64,000 nt of DNA from Alphaproteobacteria bacterium (GCA_965216755.1 CBDCGL010000011.1:992001-1056000); one strand, 5' to 3'; counted from the stretch's first letter, positions 1-10,980 are shown. Numbers and translations: made by a program. Notes: generated from the sequence alone by a model not told the origin.

Positions 1-2
1 CA

Positions 3-335
3 ATCGTGGGGGCGTGGCATGCTGAGGCCGTGCATCGTGGCGGCGCAACCGCTGCGGCTCAACTGCTCGGAGCCGACCTTGGCCAAGCGATCCGATCGTT
101 TGAGCGTGCACTTTCAATTGATCCAGATAACATATTGATCCTTATAGAATATGCGAAAGTTCTTCTGCGTCACCCTTCGGTGTCTTCGCGCACGCGCGCG
201 ATGGCGATTCTCGCGCGCGCACAAAGCCTACCCGCGACGTCCTACCTAGAACGCGCCGCCCAGTCACGAGCCAAGTTGATCGGCGACGGCACCGCCAGCG
301 TCTGCCCACCCAAATGTCAAAGCCCACCAAGCTGA
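3..335 (+). CDS. TPR-like helical protein, 5'-truncated by the window edge
   Basis: Frame is open from the window start; AIRSFERALSIDPDNILILIEYAKVL looks like a TPR repeat. Confidence 0.55.
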   Translation: MVGAWHAEAVHRGGATAAAQLLGADLGQAIRSFERALSIDPDNILILIEYAKVLLRHPSVSSRTRAMAILARAQSLPATSYLERAAQSRAKLIGDGTASVCPPKCQSPPS

Positions 336-448
336 TGAAACCCATATCAAGTCCAGCAGCCTATCGAGACCAGCGGATACAGAATGAATTATCGCTATCG
401 TCTATTGGGCTTTCCTGCGCGCTATTCAAGCATAAATAGACAACAGTA

Positions 449-1681
449 TTGGCGTCATTGCGCACGCACGGCAATTCGCTGTATGAGTTCGTTAGGGGCT
501 GGTCGCATTTGTCTAGTATTGAGACGAATTTGCTGAACGACGATCGCGATTTCGAGCAGCTGCTTTCACTTGCCGCCGAACGATCTCAAGAAAGCCGCGA
601 GGCTGTCTTTCGGACGATCGCCGACCTGCTGTTAGAACCTGACGGCCTGGGCTCAGATCGATCGCGGAGCCTCGCTTCTGAAATATTGCGCCGACTCTTA
701 AGCGAAATTGAAAGCAAGCTTCGCTGGGAATTGGCGACGCGCCTGGCGGATCGCGACGATGTGCCACGGGAGTTGGTCAATTCCCTGGCCATGGACGAGG
801 TTGAAATTGCCCGTCCGGTCCTTCTCCGAAGCCCGCTTCTTACCGATTTCGATTTGATCGAGATTATCCACAATAAGGCACAGGCTCATCAACTGGCGAT
901 CGCCCGCCGCGAGTCTTTATCCAAGGACGTCAGCCAGGCGCTTCTGGATTCGGACGATGCTGATGTAATTCGCACGCTCATCGGCAATGCTGGAGCCAAA
1001 CTCACCACCGAAATGCTCGAATTCCTGGTCGAGGAATCAAAATGGCAACATGCCTATCAAGAGCCGCTGGTTCATCGCGAAGACTTGCCCGACGCATTGG
1101 CACGAAAGCTCTATTGGTGGGTTGCTGCGCCAGTACGCGAGTACATTTGTGAACATTTTTCGGTCGATCCCGAACTGATTGATGATGTGATCGAAAGCGC
1201 TGTCGACCAAGAGCTTCAAGCCTTAGTTCAAAAGAAGAAATACCCAAATAAAACACAATCTTTGGTGCAAAAACTTTATGATCAAAACGAGCTTTCAATC
1301 AATTTCTTGGTAAGCGCGCTCTATCACGGCGAGACCGAGCTTTTTGAGGAAGGCTTGGTTATGTTGACCGGCCTGCGGGCACGACTGGTGCGCCGGCTCA
1401 TACACGATGCGGCCGGCGAAGGCCTGGCAATAGCCTGCCGAGCACTCAACGTGGATACAGAGACATACGGTACAATTTATGCCCTGACACGCCACGACGG
1501 CTACCGTTCACAAACGACCAAGCCGGAAGTAGAACAGAAACTGCGCACCGAATATGAAGCAATACGCCCGCAAACTGCACGTCGCATTCTACGGCAATGG
1601 CAACGCGATCGCGACTATCTCATGGCGCTTCGCGCTATCTGCGGCCAGGACGAGACGGGCAGAGGGACAGATCGCAGATAA
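449..1681 (+). CDS. DUF2336 domain-containing protein (true start may be near 509)
   Basis: LAMDEVEIARPVLLRSPLLTDFDLIEII...HQLAIARRESLS is typical of DUF2336. Confidence 0.8.
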   Translation: MASLRTHGNSLYEFVRGWSHLSSIETNLLNDDRDFEQLLSLAAERSQESREAVFRTIADLLLEPDGLGSDRSRSLASEILRRLLSEIESKLRWELATRLADRDDVPRELVNSLAMDEVEIARPVLLRSPLLTDFDLIEIIHNKAQAHQLAIARRESLSKDVSQALLDSDDADVIRTLIGNAGAKLTTEMLEFLVEESKWQHAYQEPLVHREDLPDALARKLYWWVAAPVREYICEHFSVDPELIDDVIESAVDQELQALVQKKKYPNKTQSLVQKLYDQNELSINFLVSALYHGETELFEEGLVMLTGLRARLVRRLIHDAAGEGLAIACRALNVDTETYGTIYALTRHDGYRSQTTKPEVEQKLRTEYEAIRPQTARRILRQWQRDRDYLMALRAICGQDETGRGTDRR

Positions 1682-2805
1682 TATCGTTATTTAATATACG
1701 TTTATATCAAGTTATCTTGACATAAACATTAATATTATCAATTAACGGATTGTTTAAAAGTGATTTAGTGGAGTTTATCTGTATTTCATATATAAATCAA
1801 AGTACATTATACTATATACCATAATTGTTTATTCTAATATTTTGATGTATTTTATGAATTGTTGGTTTAGTTCTGGCTGGTCGGGCATTCGCTGTTCCTG
1901 TCGAACAATCGTGATCAGAATGCACCAACAGGTGAGATGCCCTCCCAAGTGCCGAAATGCTCGTCGCTTCGCTCCTTGTCCGCTGACCACCAAATTGATC
2001 TTGAGCACCGGCTCAGAGCCGATGCGTGTTAGCGGCTGCGCGTCGACAATCAGTGATGATCCACGCTGGGTGCAGTCAACCAATCCGCCTTGGTAGCGGA
2101 CGGCGCATTGCGTCAACCCGGAAAGCCCATGGGGGCCAGTTACCGCGATTTGTCGCCTGACCTGCGTGAGGACTGCGCACAATCCGAGGCGTAATCGCAA
2201 ACACCCTAACAAACCGCATAGGGTCGCCGGCGCAACGCGCCGCCGTCAGAATTCCTGGCTCCAAGACCTGTGGCCCTTTGCCTCTCAGCACCCTTTTAGC
2301 TCACCCGGACTCAGGCAGAAAACCGCCCCTCGTAGAAAGGGTAAGCGATGGCGGAACCGGCGCTGTTCATCTTATCGCGGCCGTCCGATCCGTGCGCTAT
2401 CGCGTTGCCACAGCGCCGGGGACGGAAGTCCGTGGGCAACGTATGTTGTTTTTCTCTCAGCAGACTCTAAGGGGAACTTTCATTACTTATCAATTTACTA
2501 ACAAAGAAATGACTACCAAGAACTACGACATCGTACCTTCGTTTCGATCGCGGTTTATGTCAACTACTATGGCAGATGACGCCCCTACTTAGGTAAGTTC
2601 CGCGCGGTCGAAAACCGTGAAATTGACCCTGCTCATCTTTGAATGTCGGGCAGCGCCCCAGCCGCATTCCACCCGCTCGATTGGATGGGGGGGGGGGAAT
2701 GGTTACCAAGTCGGAATGCTATCGTTTGCGCATTGCCGACCTGCGATCCGATCCGCCGCCCGACGCCGACACGTCGTCGCCTCTGCGAACAAAAATTAAG
2801 GAATC

Positions 2806-2883
2806 TGGGGCGAGTGAGCGGATTTGAACCGCCGACATCCAGATCCACAATCTGGCGCTCTAACCAACTGAGCTACACCCGCC
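2806..2883 (-). tRNA. tRNA-His(GTG) with encoded G-1 and CCA
   Basis: Cloverleaf G-GCGGGTG...CCAGA-TT-GTG-GA-TCTGG...GGTTCAAATCC...CACTCGC-C-CCA. Confidence 0.97.
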
Positions 2884-2963
2884 GTTCGAGCCTGTTTAGA
2901 ACCTATCCCATACCAACGTCAAGCGTACACCCAACAGGATGACAAATCCCCATACGGCGCATT

Positions 2964-3011
2964 TGCCCACAAAATAGGCAAGTTGGGCGAATTCCGCATA
3001 TAAGTTGTGCG
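2964..3011 (+). promoter_or_regulatory. Tandem NtrC-like enhancer sites
   Basis: TGCCCACAAAATAGGCA (2964-2980) and CGCATATAAGTTGTGCG (2995-3011): 17-bp dyads with centres 31 bp apart, upstream of the glnB sigma54 promoter. Confidence 0.7.
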
Positions 3012-3066
3012 GTGCCCGTGGGCTTCTGACTTGATTGCCGCGCGTGGCGTCGGCTATATGGCCTGA

Positions 3067-3480
<414 letters not shown>

Positions 3481-3581
3481 TCTTCTCAGATTCGCCGATT
3501 CGAGTGGGGCGCGGGTCCGAACGGCCTGGCGCTTGTGTCTGCCCTCCCGAATCCAGATGAGGATGCGAAAAAGGAATCAAT

Positions 3582-4997
3582 GTGATGGGTGATGATATTA
3601 AGAATGTACTCGAGATGATCAAAGAGCATGAGGTCGCATATGTCGACTTTCGCTTTACGGATCCTCGCGGCAAGTGGCAGCACACGGCGCAAACCGCGCG
3701 AACCATCGACGCGGACTCTCTGGAAGAAGGCATATTTTTTGACGGCTCATCCATCGCCGGTTGGAAGGACATTCACGAATCCGACATGGTCCTAAAGCCG
3801 GATCCGGCGAGCGCGGTCATGGACCCCTTCGCCGCCCAGCCGAGCTTGATTCTGTTCTGTGATGTTCTGGAGCCGGCGACGGGCCTTGGCTACGAGCGCG
3901 ATCCACGATCGACCGCACGCCGCGCCGAGACTTATTTAGCGTCCACGGGAATCGGCGATACGGCGTATTTCGGTCCAGAACTGGAATTCTTCGTGTTCGA
4001 CGATGTTCGTTGGCAAGTCGAAATGAACAATACGTTCTTTTCCATAGACTCCGAAGAGGGACCCTACAATACCGGATCTCAACTCGACGGGGGCAACCCA
4101 GGTCACAGGCCTGCCATCAAGGGCGGCTACTTTCCGGTTCCGCCTGTTGACTCGATGTCTGATCTGCGGGCTGAAATGGTCAGCACGATGCTCGAAATGG
4201 GCCTCAAAATGGACAAGCACCACCACGAGGTCGCGCCCAGCCAAAACGAACTCGGCGTGGAATTCGACACGCTGCTTCGGATCGCGGACCAAGTTCAAAT
4301 CTACAAATATGTGGTCCATCAAGTCGCCCATTCCTACGGCAAGACCGCCACGTTCATGCCGAAGCCGGTCATGGGTGACAATGGTTCCGGGATGCACACG
4401 CATCAATCAATTTTTAAAGAGGGAAAACCGACGTTTGCAGGTAATAATTACGCTGATTTATCAGAAACGGCCCTGCACTATATCGGCGGTATCATCAAGC
4501 ATGCCAAGGCCATCAACGCCTTCTCGAATCCAACCACCAACAGTTACAAGCGCTTGATTCCCGGATTTGAAGCTCCGGTTCTGCTGGCATATTCGGCCCG
4601 CAACCGCTCGGCATCCTGCCGAATTCCGTTTGCGACCAGCCCGAAAGGCAAAAGGGTCGAAGTACGCTTCCCGGACCCGGCCGCAAATCCTTACTTGACC
4701 TTCTCGGCGATGTTGATGGCGGGCCTAGATGGTATTCAAAACCGGATCGACCCAGGCGATGCCATGGATAAGAATCTTTACGACCTACCGCCCGAAGAGC
4801 TGAAAGACGTACCCACGGTATGCGCAAGCCTGCGCGACGCGGTCTCGGCGCTAGACAAGGATCGGGCATTCCTCACCAAGGGCGACGTCTTCAGCGATGA
4901 CCAAATCGACGGCTACATGAACTTGAAGTGGGAGGAAATCTACGGCTTCGAGCACACGCCACATCCAATCGAGTTCGATTTGTACTACTCGGTGTAG
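3582..4997 (+). CDS. glnA: Glutamine synthetase type I
   Basis: [31 protein letters not shown] motifs; adenylylation motif NLYDLP. Confidence 0.98.
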   Translation: MMGDDIKNVLEMIKEHEVAYVDFRFTDPRGKWQHTAQTARTIDADSLEEGIFFDGSSIAGWKDIHESDMVLKPDPASAVMDPFAAQPSLILFCDVLEPATGLGYERDPRSTARRAETYLASTGIGDTAYFGPELEFFVFDDVRWQVEMNNTFFSIDSEEGPYNTGSQLDGGNPGHRPAIKGGYFPVPPVDSMSDLRAEMVSTMLEMGLKMDKHHHEVAPSQNELGVEFDTLLRIADQVQIYKYVVHQVAHSYGKTATFMPKPVMGDNGSGMHTHQSIFKEGKPTFAGNNYADLSETALHYIGGIIKHAKAINAFSNPTTNSYKRLIPGFEAPVLLAYSARNRSASCRIPFATSPKGKRVEVRFPDPAANPYLTFSAMLMAGLDGIQNRIDPGDAMDKNLYDLPPEELKDVPTVCASLRDAVSALDKDRAFLTKGDVFSDDQIDGYMNLKWEEIYGFEHTPHPIEFDLYYSV

Positions 4998-5014
4998 TGC
5001 CACCGGGGTATCAG

Positions 5015-5038
5015 GGACCGGACGTTGTCGTCCGGTCC
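5015..5038 (+). terminator. Stem-loop after glnA, without a U tract
   Basis: GGACCGGACG-TTGT-CGTCCGGTCC, perfect 10-bp stem. Confidence 0.5.
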
Positions 5039-5339
5039 GCCGGGTGCGCTGGGTAATCCGGGCAGCCATCGTGACTCGGTCGGCAATCTCGACCATTTTG
5101 AGCTAAATCGGGATATGCAGTGCCCTGTTGGCCAGGTATGGCATTTTCTGTTGCTCCCGAGGCATAGACGACGCGGCCGACCGTCACATATTCATCAGTG
5201 CGCCCGAGACATGGCAGGTCGTTGAGTGGATACACCGTCGGAACCGGACCTGTGGTTCCGCGCAGAAGAGCCGGTTCTTGTGCCGCTTAGCGATTTCGTC
5301 GTCACGGTCACTTTGCCCGACCAACATTGAATCCGGAAC

Positions 5340-5840
5340 ATGCGACGCCACCACCTGATCGACGAGGCGAAAGCAGATTTGGATTTGGCCTACGAAGAGG
5401 TCAAACGCGCCGAACTGCGGGCGATGGAGATCGAGTCATCCTATTGCAAGCGCATCGAGGCGTTGCTCCGCCAAGGTGAGGCAAACGGCGCCGAATCCGA
5501 ATTGGTGCGCGAGAAGGAACAAAAACAAATCGTGCTCGGCATCGACGCCCTACACGAAATGCAAACGCGTGCGCTGGAACGCTTCGCGGCACTCAGTACG
5601 GCATTTGCCATTGCGACAAGCGTCTCGGATCCAACTTTGGCTCTGAACCTTTTCAACCAAGCCTTGTTTCGGTCAGAAGAACCGCCGGAGCAGATCGATC
5701 TCCAAGAAACGATTCGTCAGTTTCACAGGGGTTTGCGCGCGTATACCTACGAAGATCAAAGCTTTGAGAATGACAAAGTCGTGCGCGCGAGCTGGGGATC
5801 CATCGAGTCGGCTCTGCGACGATTGAGTCGATCAATCTAA
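5340..5840 (+). CDS. Hypothetical helical/coiled-coil protein
   Basis: 166-aa ORF with protein-like composition; no recognisable motif. Confidence 0.6.
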   Translation: MRRHHLIDEAKADLDLAYEEVKRAELRAMEIESSYCKRIEALLRQGEANGAESELVREKEQKQIVLGIDALHEMQTRALERFAALSTAFAIATSVSDPTLALNLFNQALFRSEEPPEQIDLQETIRQFHRGLRAYTYEDQSFENDKVVRASWGSIESALRRLSRSI

Positions 5841-6016
5841 AGGGCGCGGCGGCCGCCATCCCGCGCCGGGCATTGTGCAATGGCACGGCACTTTTTTGAC
5901 GCCGCAAGACAAATCGCGTGTCAATGGGAGCGCTGGCTGACGCCAGCAAAGCTATTAGGCACAGAAATTTTGAGGGATAATTTCGACTCCATCGGGACCT
6001 CGACCACCAGATTCCT

Positions 6017-6403
6017 TTACCGCTCGACCGGCCGCGGTCGACCGGCCCCGTCCAGAGCGACATAAGTGAACAAGCCTTCCGTCACTTTGACATTTTCGGC
6101 GCCAACGCCCCTTTCCGCGATAGTCTCTACTTGAACCGAAATCGACGTTGTCCCTATCTTTGTTACATGCGCATAGCAACTGACAATGTCGCCGATCTTG
6201 ATCGGCTGGTGGAAAGTCATCGCTTCAAGCGCGACGGTCGCGACGCGACCGCTGGCCTGCTTGGCTGCGACCAAACCGCCAGCAATGTCCATCTGTGATA
6301 AGACCCATCCACCGAAGATGTCGCCAGCAGGATTGGCGTCCGCCGGCATTGCTAAGGTCCGCACAGCCGGCCGCAAATCATGCGAGTCGGTCTTAGTGTT
6401 CAT
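6017..6403 (-). CDS. Acyl-CoA thioesterase (YciA/hotdog family)
   Basis: TLAMPADANPAGDIFGGWVLSQMDIAGG. Confidence 0.9.
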   Translation of the reverse strand: MNTKTDSHDLRPAVRTLAMPADANPAGDIFGGWVLSQMDIAGGLVAAKQASGRVATVALEAMTFHQPIKIGDIVSCYAHVTKIGTTSISVQVETIAERGVGAENVKVTEGLFTYVALDGAGRPRPVER

Positions 6404-6513
6404 TTCGCGTCTCCTTTAGCATCAAAACGAATTGCCATAATATGTTGAGATTGTAAACACTTAGCCCCGCTTTCGGGGTTGCTCGTTGGAACTTGTGCCC
6501 TATAATCGCCGCC

Positions 6514-8475
6514 ATGCCAGACCTCTTTCATACCCCAGTTAAATCGGACTATACGGCCAAGGACATCGAGGTACTTGAGGGGCTAGAGCCAGTCCGTCGA
6601 CGCCCAGGCATGTATATCGGCGGGACTGATGAAACCGCCCTGCACCATCTTGTGGCTGAGCTGCTCGACAACGCGATGGATGAAGCCGTTGCCGGCCACG
6701 CCACGTTTATCGAGCTGGAATTAGCGGGCGACGGCTCCGTGACCGTGCGCGACAATGGCCGCGGCATCCCAATCGACAAGCACCCGAAGTTCAAGAAGAA
6801 ATCGGCTTTGGAAGTAATCCTGACCACGCTCCATTCCGGCGGCAAATTCTCCGGCAAGGCCTATGAAACCTCGGGGGGGCTCCATGGTGTCGGTCTGTCG
6901 GTGGTCAATGCCCTTTCGGATCACTTGATCGTGGAAGTCGCGCGTGACCGCAAGTTGTGGCGGCAAAGCTTCGAGCGTGGTGTTCCAAAAGGCCCGCTGA
7001 GATCAGTTGGCAGCGTCCACAACCGTCGTGGCACGTCCATTCAGTGCCACCCCGACGCCAAGATCTTCGGCAAGGGCCGCCTGCGACCCGCGACCTTGTA
7101 TCGCATGGCCCGGTCAAAGGCCTATCTGTTTCGTGGCGTTGAAATTCGTTGGCAGTGCGACGCAGAGGCGCTGAAGAGTGGCGATGAGACACCTGAAAAG
7201 GCGACCCTACACTTTCCGGGCGGCCTTTCGGATTTTCTGCTGAACAGCATCGAAGGCGCCGAAACGGTAACGCCGGCGCCGTTTGCTGGCTCGGCCAACC
7301 TGAACGGCCAAACCGGGCGTGTTGAATGGGCCATGGCATGGCCGGAGGACGACGATCGCGCATTTCTCAATTCTTACTGCAACACGGTTCCAACGCCGAA
7401 TGGCGGAACGCATGAGAACGGCCTGCGGACCGCGCTGCTGCGTGGACTTAGAGCCTACGCCGAACTGGCCAAGAACAAGCGCGCGGGGCAAATCACCGCC
7501 GAGGATGTTCTGGGCGGCGCCAGCGGACTGTTATCGGTGTTTATTCGGGATCCACAGTTTCAAGGACAGACCAAAGATCGTTTGTCCACGCCGGAAGCGG
7601 CCAAATTGGTTGAATCAACGATAAAGGATCATTTCGAGCACTGGCTGACCCAGGATCCCGCGGCCGCGGATGCCCTTCTCGCGCGAACGCTGGACCGTGC
7701 AGATGAACGGTTGCGGCGGCGTCAGGATAAAGAGGTCGCGCGGAAAACCGCCACCCGCAAGCTGCGGCTGCCAGGCAAGTTGGCGGATTGTACGCGAGCC
7801 GGCGCGAACGGCACCGAGATATTCTTGGTCGAGGGAGATTCCGCGGGCGGCTCGGCCAAACAGGCACGCGACCGGCAGACGCAAGCCGTGTTGGCGCTTC
7901 GTGGCAAGATCTTGAACGTAGCCTCCGCCACCGCCGACAAGTTGCGTGGCAACAAGGAACTCACGGAGCTTGCCATGGCACTGGGATGCGGCACGCGCGA
8001 CCGTTACCGCAATGAGGACTTGCGCTACGAGCGGGTCATCATCATGACGGACGCCGATGTCGACGGTGCCCATATTGCGTCACTGCTGATGACCTACTTT
8101 CATCGTGAAATGCCCAAGTTGATCCGCAACGGTCATTTGTATTTGGCGCAACCTCCACTGTACCGACTCACACAAGGTGCCAAGAGCCTTTACGCACGCG
8201 ACGACAGTCATCGAGAGTCGTTACTCAGAGAGGCGTTCAAGGGGCGTGGCAAGGTCGAAATCAGCCGGTTCAAAGGCCTCGGTGAAATGCCCCCGGCCCA
8301 GCTCAAGACAACGACCATGGCGCCAGGCTCGCGCACATTATTGCGGGTCGAGGTCTCCGATGACGATCTTCACGCCGCCGACGATCGGGTCGACGCGCTG
8401 ATGGGTCGGCATCCCGAAAAACGCTTGGCATTCATCCAGGAACATGCGGCAACTGTGGAAAATCTAGACGTATGA
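6514..8475 (+). CDS. parE: DNA topoisomerase IV subunit B
   Basis: GHKL ATPase (ELLDNAMDE, DNGRGIP, GGLHGVG) and Toprim (EGDSAGGS, DADVDG); about 650 aa, lacking the GyrB insert. Confidence 0.92.
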   Translation: MPDLFHTPVKSDYTAKDIEVLEGLEPVRRRPGMYIGGTDETALHHLVAELLDNAMDEAVAGHATFIELELAGDGSVTVRDNGRGIPIDKHPKFKKKSALEVILTTLHSGGKFSGKAYETSGGLHGVGLSVVNALSDHLIVEVARDRKLWRQSFERGVPKGPLRSVGSVHNRRGTSIQCHPDAKIFGKGRLRPATLYRMARSKAYLFRGVEIRWQCDAEALKSGDETPEKATLHFPGGLSDFLLNSIEGAETVTPAPFAGSANLNGQTGRVEWAMAWPEDDDRAFLNSYCNTVPTPNGGTHENGLRTALLRGLRAYAELAKNKRAGQITAEDVLGGASGLLSVFIRDPQFQGQTKDRLSTPEAAKLVESTIKDHFEHWLTQDPAAADALLARTLDRADERLRRRQDKEVARKTATRKLRLPGKLADCTRAGANGTEIFLVEGDSAGGSAKQARDRQTQAVLALRGKILNVASATADKLRGNKELTELAMALGCGTRDRYRNEDLRYERVIIMTDADVDGAHIASLLMTYFHREMPKLIRNGHLYLAQPPLYRLTQGAKSLYARDDSHRESLLREAFKGRGKVEISRFKGLGEMPPAQLKTTTMAPGSRTLLRVEVSDDDLHAADDRVDALMGRHPEKRLAFIQEHAATVENLDV

Positions 8476-9047
8476 CCAAATGCCAGATGCGCTGCCCATT
8501 GATGTTCGCCGTGCTGGCATTGTGGCTGGCGGGCTGTGCCCCGCCAAACCTCACCAGCCATGGCATCACAGGCGCGAATATTTTCCGCCCGAACCCTGCC
8601 GCGTTGGTCTATGGCGGCAATACCGGCAGTCGCAACATCGGCACGGCCGTGGTTGGCAACCCCTTCAGTTTTGATCAGGTATCATTCGCCAAGACTGTCG
8701 CCTCGGCGATGGACAGTGCCGTCGAAGGCCGCGACGCGAGATTTGTTGTGACGGCTAACGAATCCGTCCGCCCGGGCGTATTTGCGACCGTCGCCTTCGA
8801 TCCCGCGATCAACGCGACGGCGGCTGACCTTTGCCGGGAACGCTTGGCATTGTCGACCTATCCATCGATCGAGACTGTGCGCGTGATGATGGCGTTATGT
8901 GTCGCGTCGGAACCTGTGTCCGTGGTGCGTGCCCGCTTGACTCGCGGCGACGGTCCAGGTGATCTCAGTTTCGTACGTCTCATTCGCAAAATGACACGCG
9001 CCATGTTGGGCCAAGGGGGTGGACCGCAAAACCCGGTGTTGCGGTAA
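8472..9047 (+). CDS. Hypothetical lipoprotein
   Basis: Lipobox LAGC; start overlaps the parE stop (ATGA). Confidence 0.7.
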   Translation: MTKCQMRCPLMFAVLALWLAGCAPPNLTSHGITGANIFRPNPAALVYGGNTGSRNIGTAVVGNPFSFDQVSFAKTVASAMDSAVEGRDARFVVTANESVRPGVFATVAFDPAINATAADLCRERLALSTYPSIETVRVMMALCVASEPVSVVRARLTRGDGPGDLSFVRLIRKMTRAMLGQGGGPQNPVLR

Positions 9048-9140
9048 CGGCGCCGTGACACACGACGCCCCTTGCCATTGAACGCTATGATCCCGACATA
9101 CACGCGAGAATTCGCCACATAACGTTGCGAGGCCCATGTC

Positions 9141-9692
9141 ATGCGTTCCCTAATTGCTATTTGCACCCTGGCCGCTGTCGGTACATCATTGATCGCGTGC
9201 GCCAATCAGCCGACGGTCCCCTACGGCCGTACCTATCACGATCGATGGCCCGACTTCTTTGCCGCCTCGGCCGTCTCAAACGAAATCCGCACCCGCATAT
9301 GGGGCCAGCCTTTCGCGGCCTCCGAGGAAGAAACCGAAAGAGTGGTGCTCGGTGCCATGCGGCGGGGATTTAACAATGACGGATTCAGATTCTCGACCGC
9401 ACCCGCGGCCCAAGCCCGCTATCGGCCCTATGTCACCGTCTTGTTCAATGGTCCACTATACGGGAGAGGCTTTGTTTGTAGCGAACTGCCCACAGCACAA
9501 CCGGCGCCCGCCCCGGGGCGCGTGCGCGTGGTCGCCGCCATGTGTCGGGGCAACACGCCGCTGACGTCAGCCGTCGGCGAACTGGCTTCGGTTGAAAGTG
9601 CCGATGATCCTCGTTTCGTCAAGTTGATGAACGAGGTCGCCAGAAAAGTCTTTGAAAGACCGCACCAATTTGACGCAGATTTCAGTTCGTAA
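9141..9692 (+). CDS. Hypothetical lipoprotein, paralog of the upstream gene
   Basis: Lipobox LIAC; C-terminal half resembles that of 8472-9047. Confidence 0.7.
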   Translation: MRSLIAICTLAAVGTSLIACANQPTVPYGRTYHDRWPDFFAASAVSNEIRTRIWGQPFAASEEETERVVLGAMRRGFNNDGFRFSTAPAAQARYRPYVTVLFNGPLYGRGFVCSELPTAQPAPAPGRVRVVAAMCRGNTPLTSAVGELASVESADDPRFVKLMNEVARKVFERPHQFDADFSS

Positions 9693-9966
9693 TTGCATAG
9701 CGTCTCGGCGGGCGGCCGGCTGAATTACGCGGCCTCGACAACGTTATACTTTGGCCACCCCATGTCGAAACCAGGTGGCATCGACGGCGGCGTGCAAACC
9801 GGCAAAGCCCGCCTCGCGAACGTTTTTGCGAGACCTAAATTCAGCGGCTTCCGGCGCGCGCCGCAAACGCGGTTCAACATGGGTTTCGAAGCACATGTGG
9901 CGGCGTAGCGTCAGGTCCAAGGAACAGCTAACATCGCGTGCGTGTGAATAGCGATGGAGCGGCCCT

Positions 9967-10980
9967 TTGCATCTCAGCGTGCTTGATCAATCGCCGGTGC
10001 GAACCGGTGGTACCCCGGCCCAAGCGATCGAAGAAACAATCACGCTCGCGCAGGCCGCAGAAAGTTTGGGATATACCCGCTATTGGCTCGCGGAACATCA
10101 CGCGACCGACGGTTTCGCGGGCAGCGCGCCAGAGATCATGGTGGCGCGCGTCGCTGCCGCCACCAATTCGATCCGCGTTGGTTCGGGTGGGGTGATGCTC
10201 AGCCATTACAGCCCCTTCAAGGTCGCCGAAATGTTCCGTCTTTTGGAAGTCATGCATCCGGGACGTATCGATTTGGGCATTGGTCGTGCACCTGGAAGCG
10301 ATCAATTGACGGCCGCCGCGCTCGCCTATGGTTCGCAAATCGGCATTGAATATTTCCCGACCAAAGTTGCCGACCTGCGTGCGTTCTTGGCCGGTGCCCC
10401 GCCGGCGACGCAGGCCTTCCAACGTCTGCGCGCTACGCCGGCCGCTGAAACACCGCCAGAAATGTGGATTCTCGGGTCCAGCGATCAAAGTGCGCTCTTG
10501 GCCGCGCACTTTGGCCTGCCATTCTCCTACGCCCATTTCATCAATCCATCGGACAGCGAGACAGCCATCGCGCTCTATCGGGAACGCTACAAACCTTCAG
10601 AAGCGTGGCCGGAGCCAGTCGTCAATATTGGCGTGTTCGTGATCTGCGCCGATTCCGACGCCGACGCGGACCACCTGGCAAAGAGCCGAGATCTATGGCG
10701 GTTGCGCCTAGACCGCGGCGCGTTGGACCCGATTCCATCGGTTGAAGAATCCGAAGCCTATCCATATACCCATGCCGAGTTGGCACGCGTCGCTGCTAAC
10801 CGGACCCGCAACATACTCGGCAGTCCCGACACGGTCCGCGAGGCATTGACCACGCTGGCCTCGCGTAACGGGATCGATGAAATTATCGTACTGACGATTA
10901 CGTATGATTTTGAATCGCGCCTCAAATCCTATGCCCTTCTGGCTGAGGCGTTCGCTCTCAAATCCGACATGGTGGCGTGA
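9967..10980 (+). CDS. LLM-class (luciferase-like) flavin-dependent oxidoreductase
   Basis: RYWLAEHH, IRVGSGGVMLSHYSP, GRIDLGIGRAPG. Confidence 0.92.
   Translation: MHLSVLDQSPVRTGGTPAQAIEETITLAQAAESLGYTRYWLAEHHATDGFAGSAPEIMVARVAAATNSIRVGSGGVMLSHYSPFKVAEMFRLLEVMHPGRIDLGIGRAPGSDQLTAAALAYGSQIGIEYFPTKVADLRAFLAGAPPATQAFQRLRATPAAETPPEMWILGSSDQSALLAAHFGLPFSYAHFINPSDSETAIALYRERYKPSEAWPEPVVNIGVFVICADSDADADHLAKSRDLWRLRLDRGALDPIPSVEESEAYPYTHAELARVAANRTRNILGSPDTVREALTTLASRNGIDEIIVLTITYDFESRLKSYALLAEAFALKSDMVA

Noticed and set aside
864-872. Perfect DnaA box TTATCCACA
   Set aside because: A single copy inside the DUF2336 CDS, about 800 bp from the AT-rich block; no box cluster, so no support for an origin
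1829-2800. Several 60-127-aa ORFs on both strands
   Set aside because: They overlap each other and have no motifs or clear ribosome binding sites; likely spurious
1-2806. tRNA-anchored prophage or integrative element
   Set aside because: No integrase and no duplicated tRNA 3' end were seen in the window
6514-8475. gyrB assignment, or missing parC as an anomaly
   Set aside because: Length and lack of the GyrB insert fit ParE; parE and parC are commonly unlinked in alphaproteobacteria
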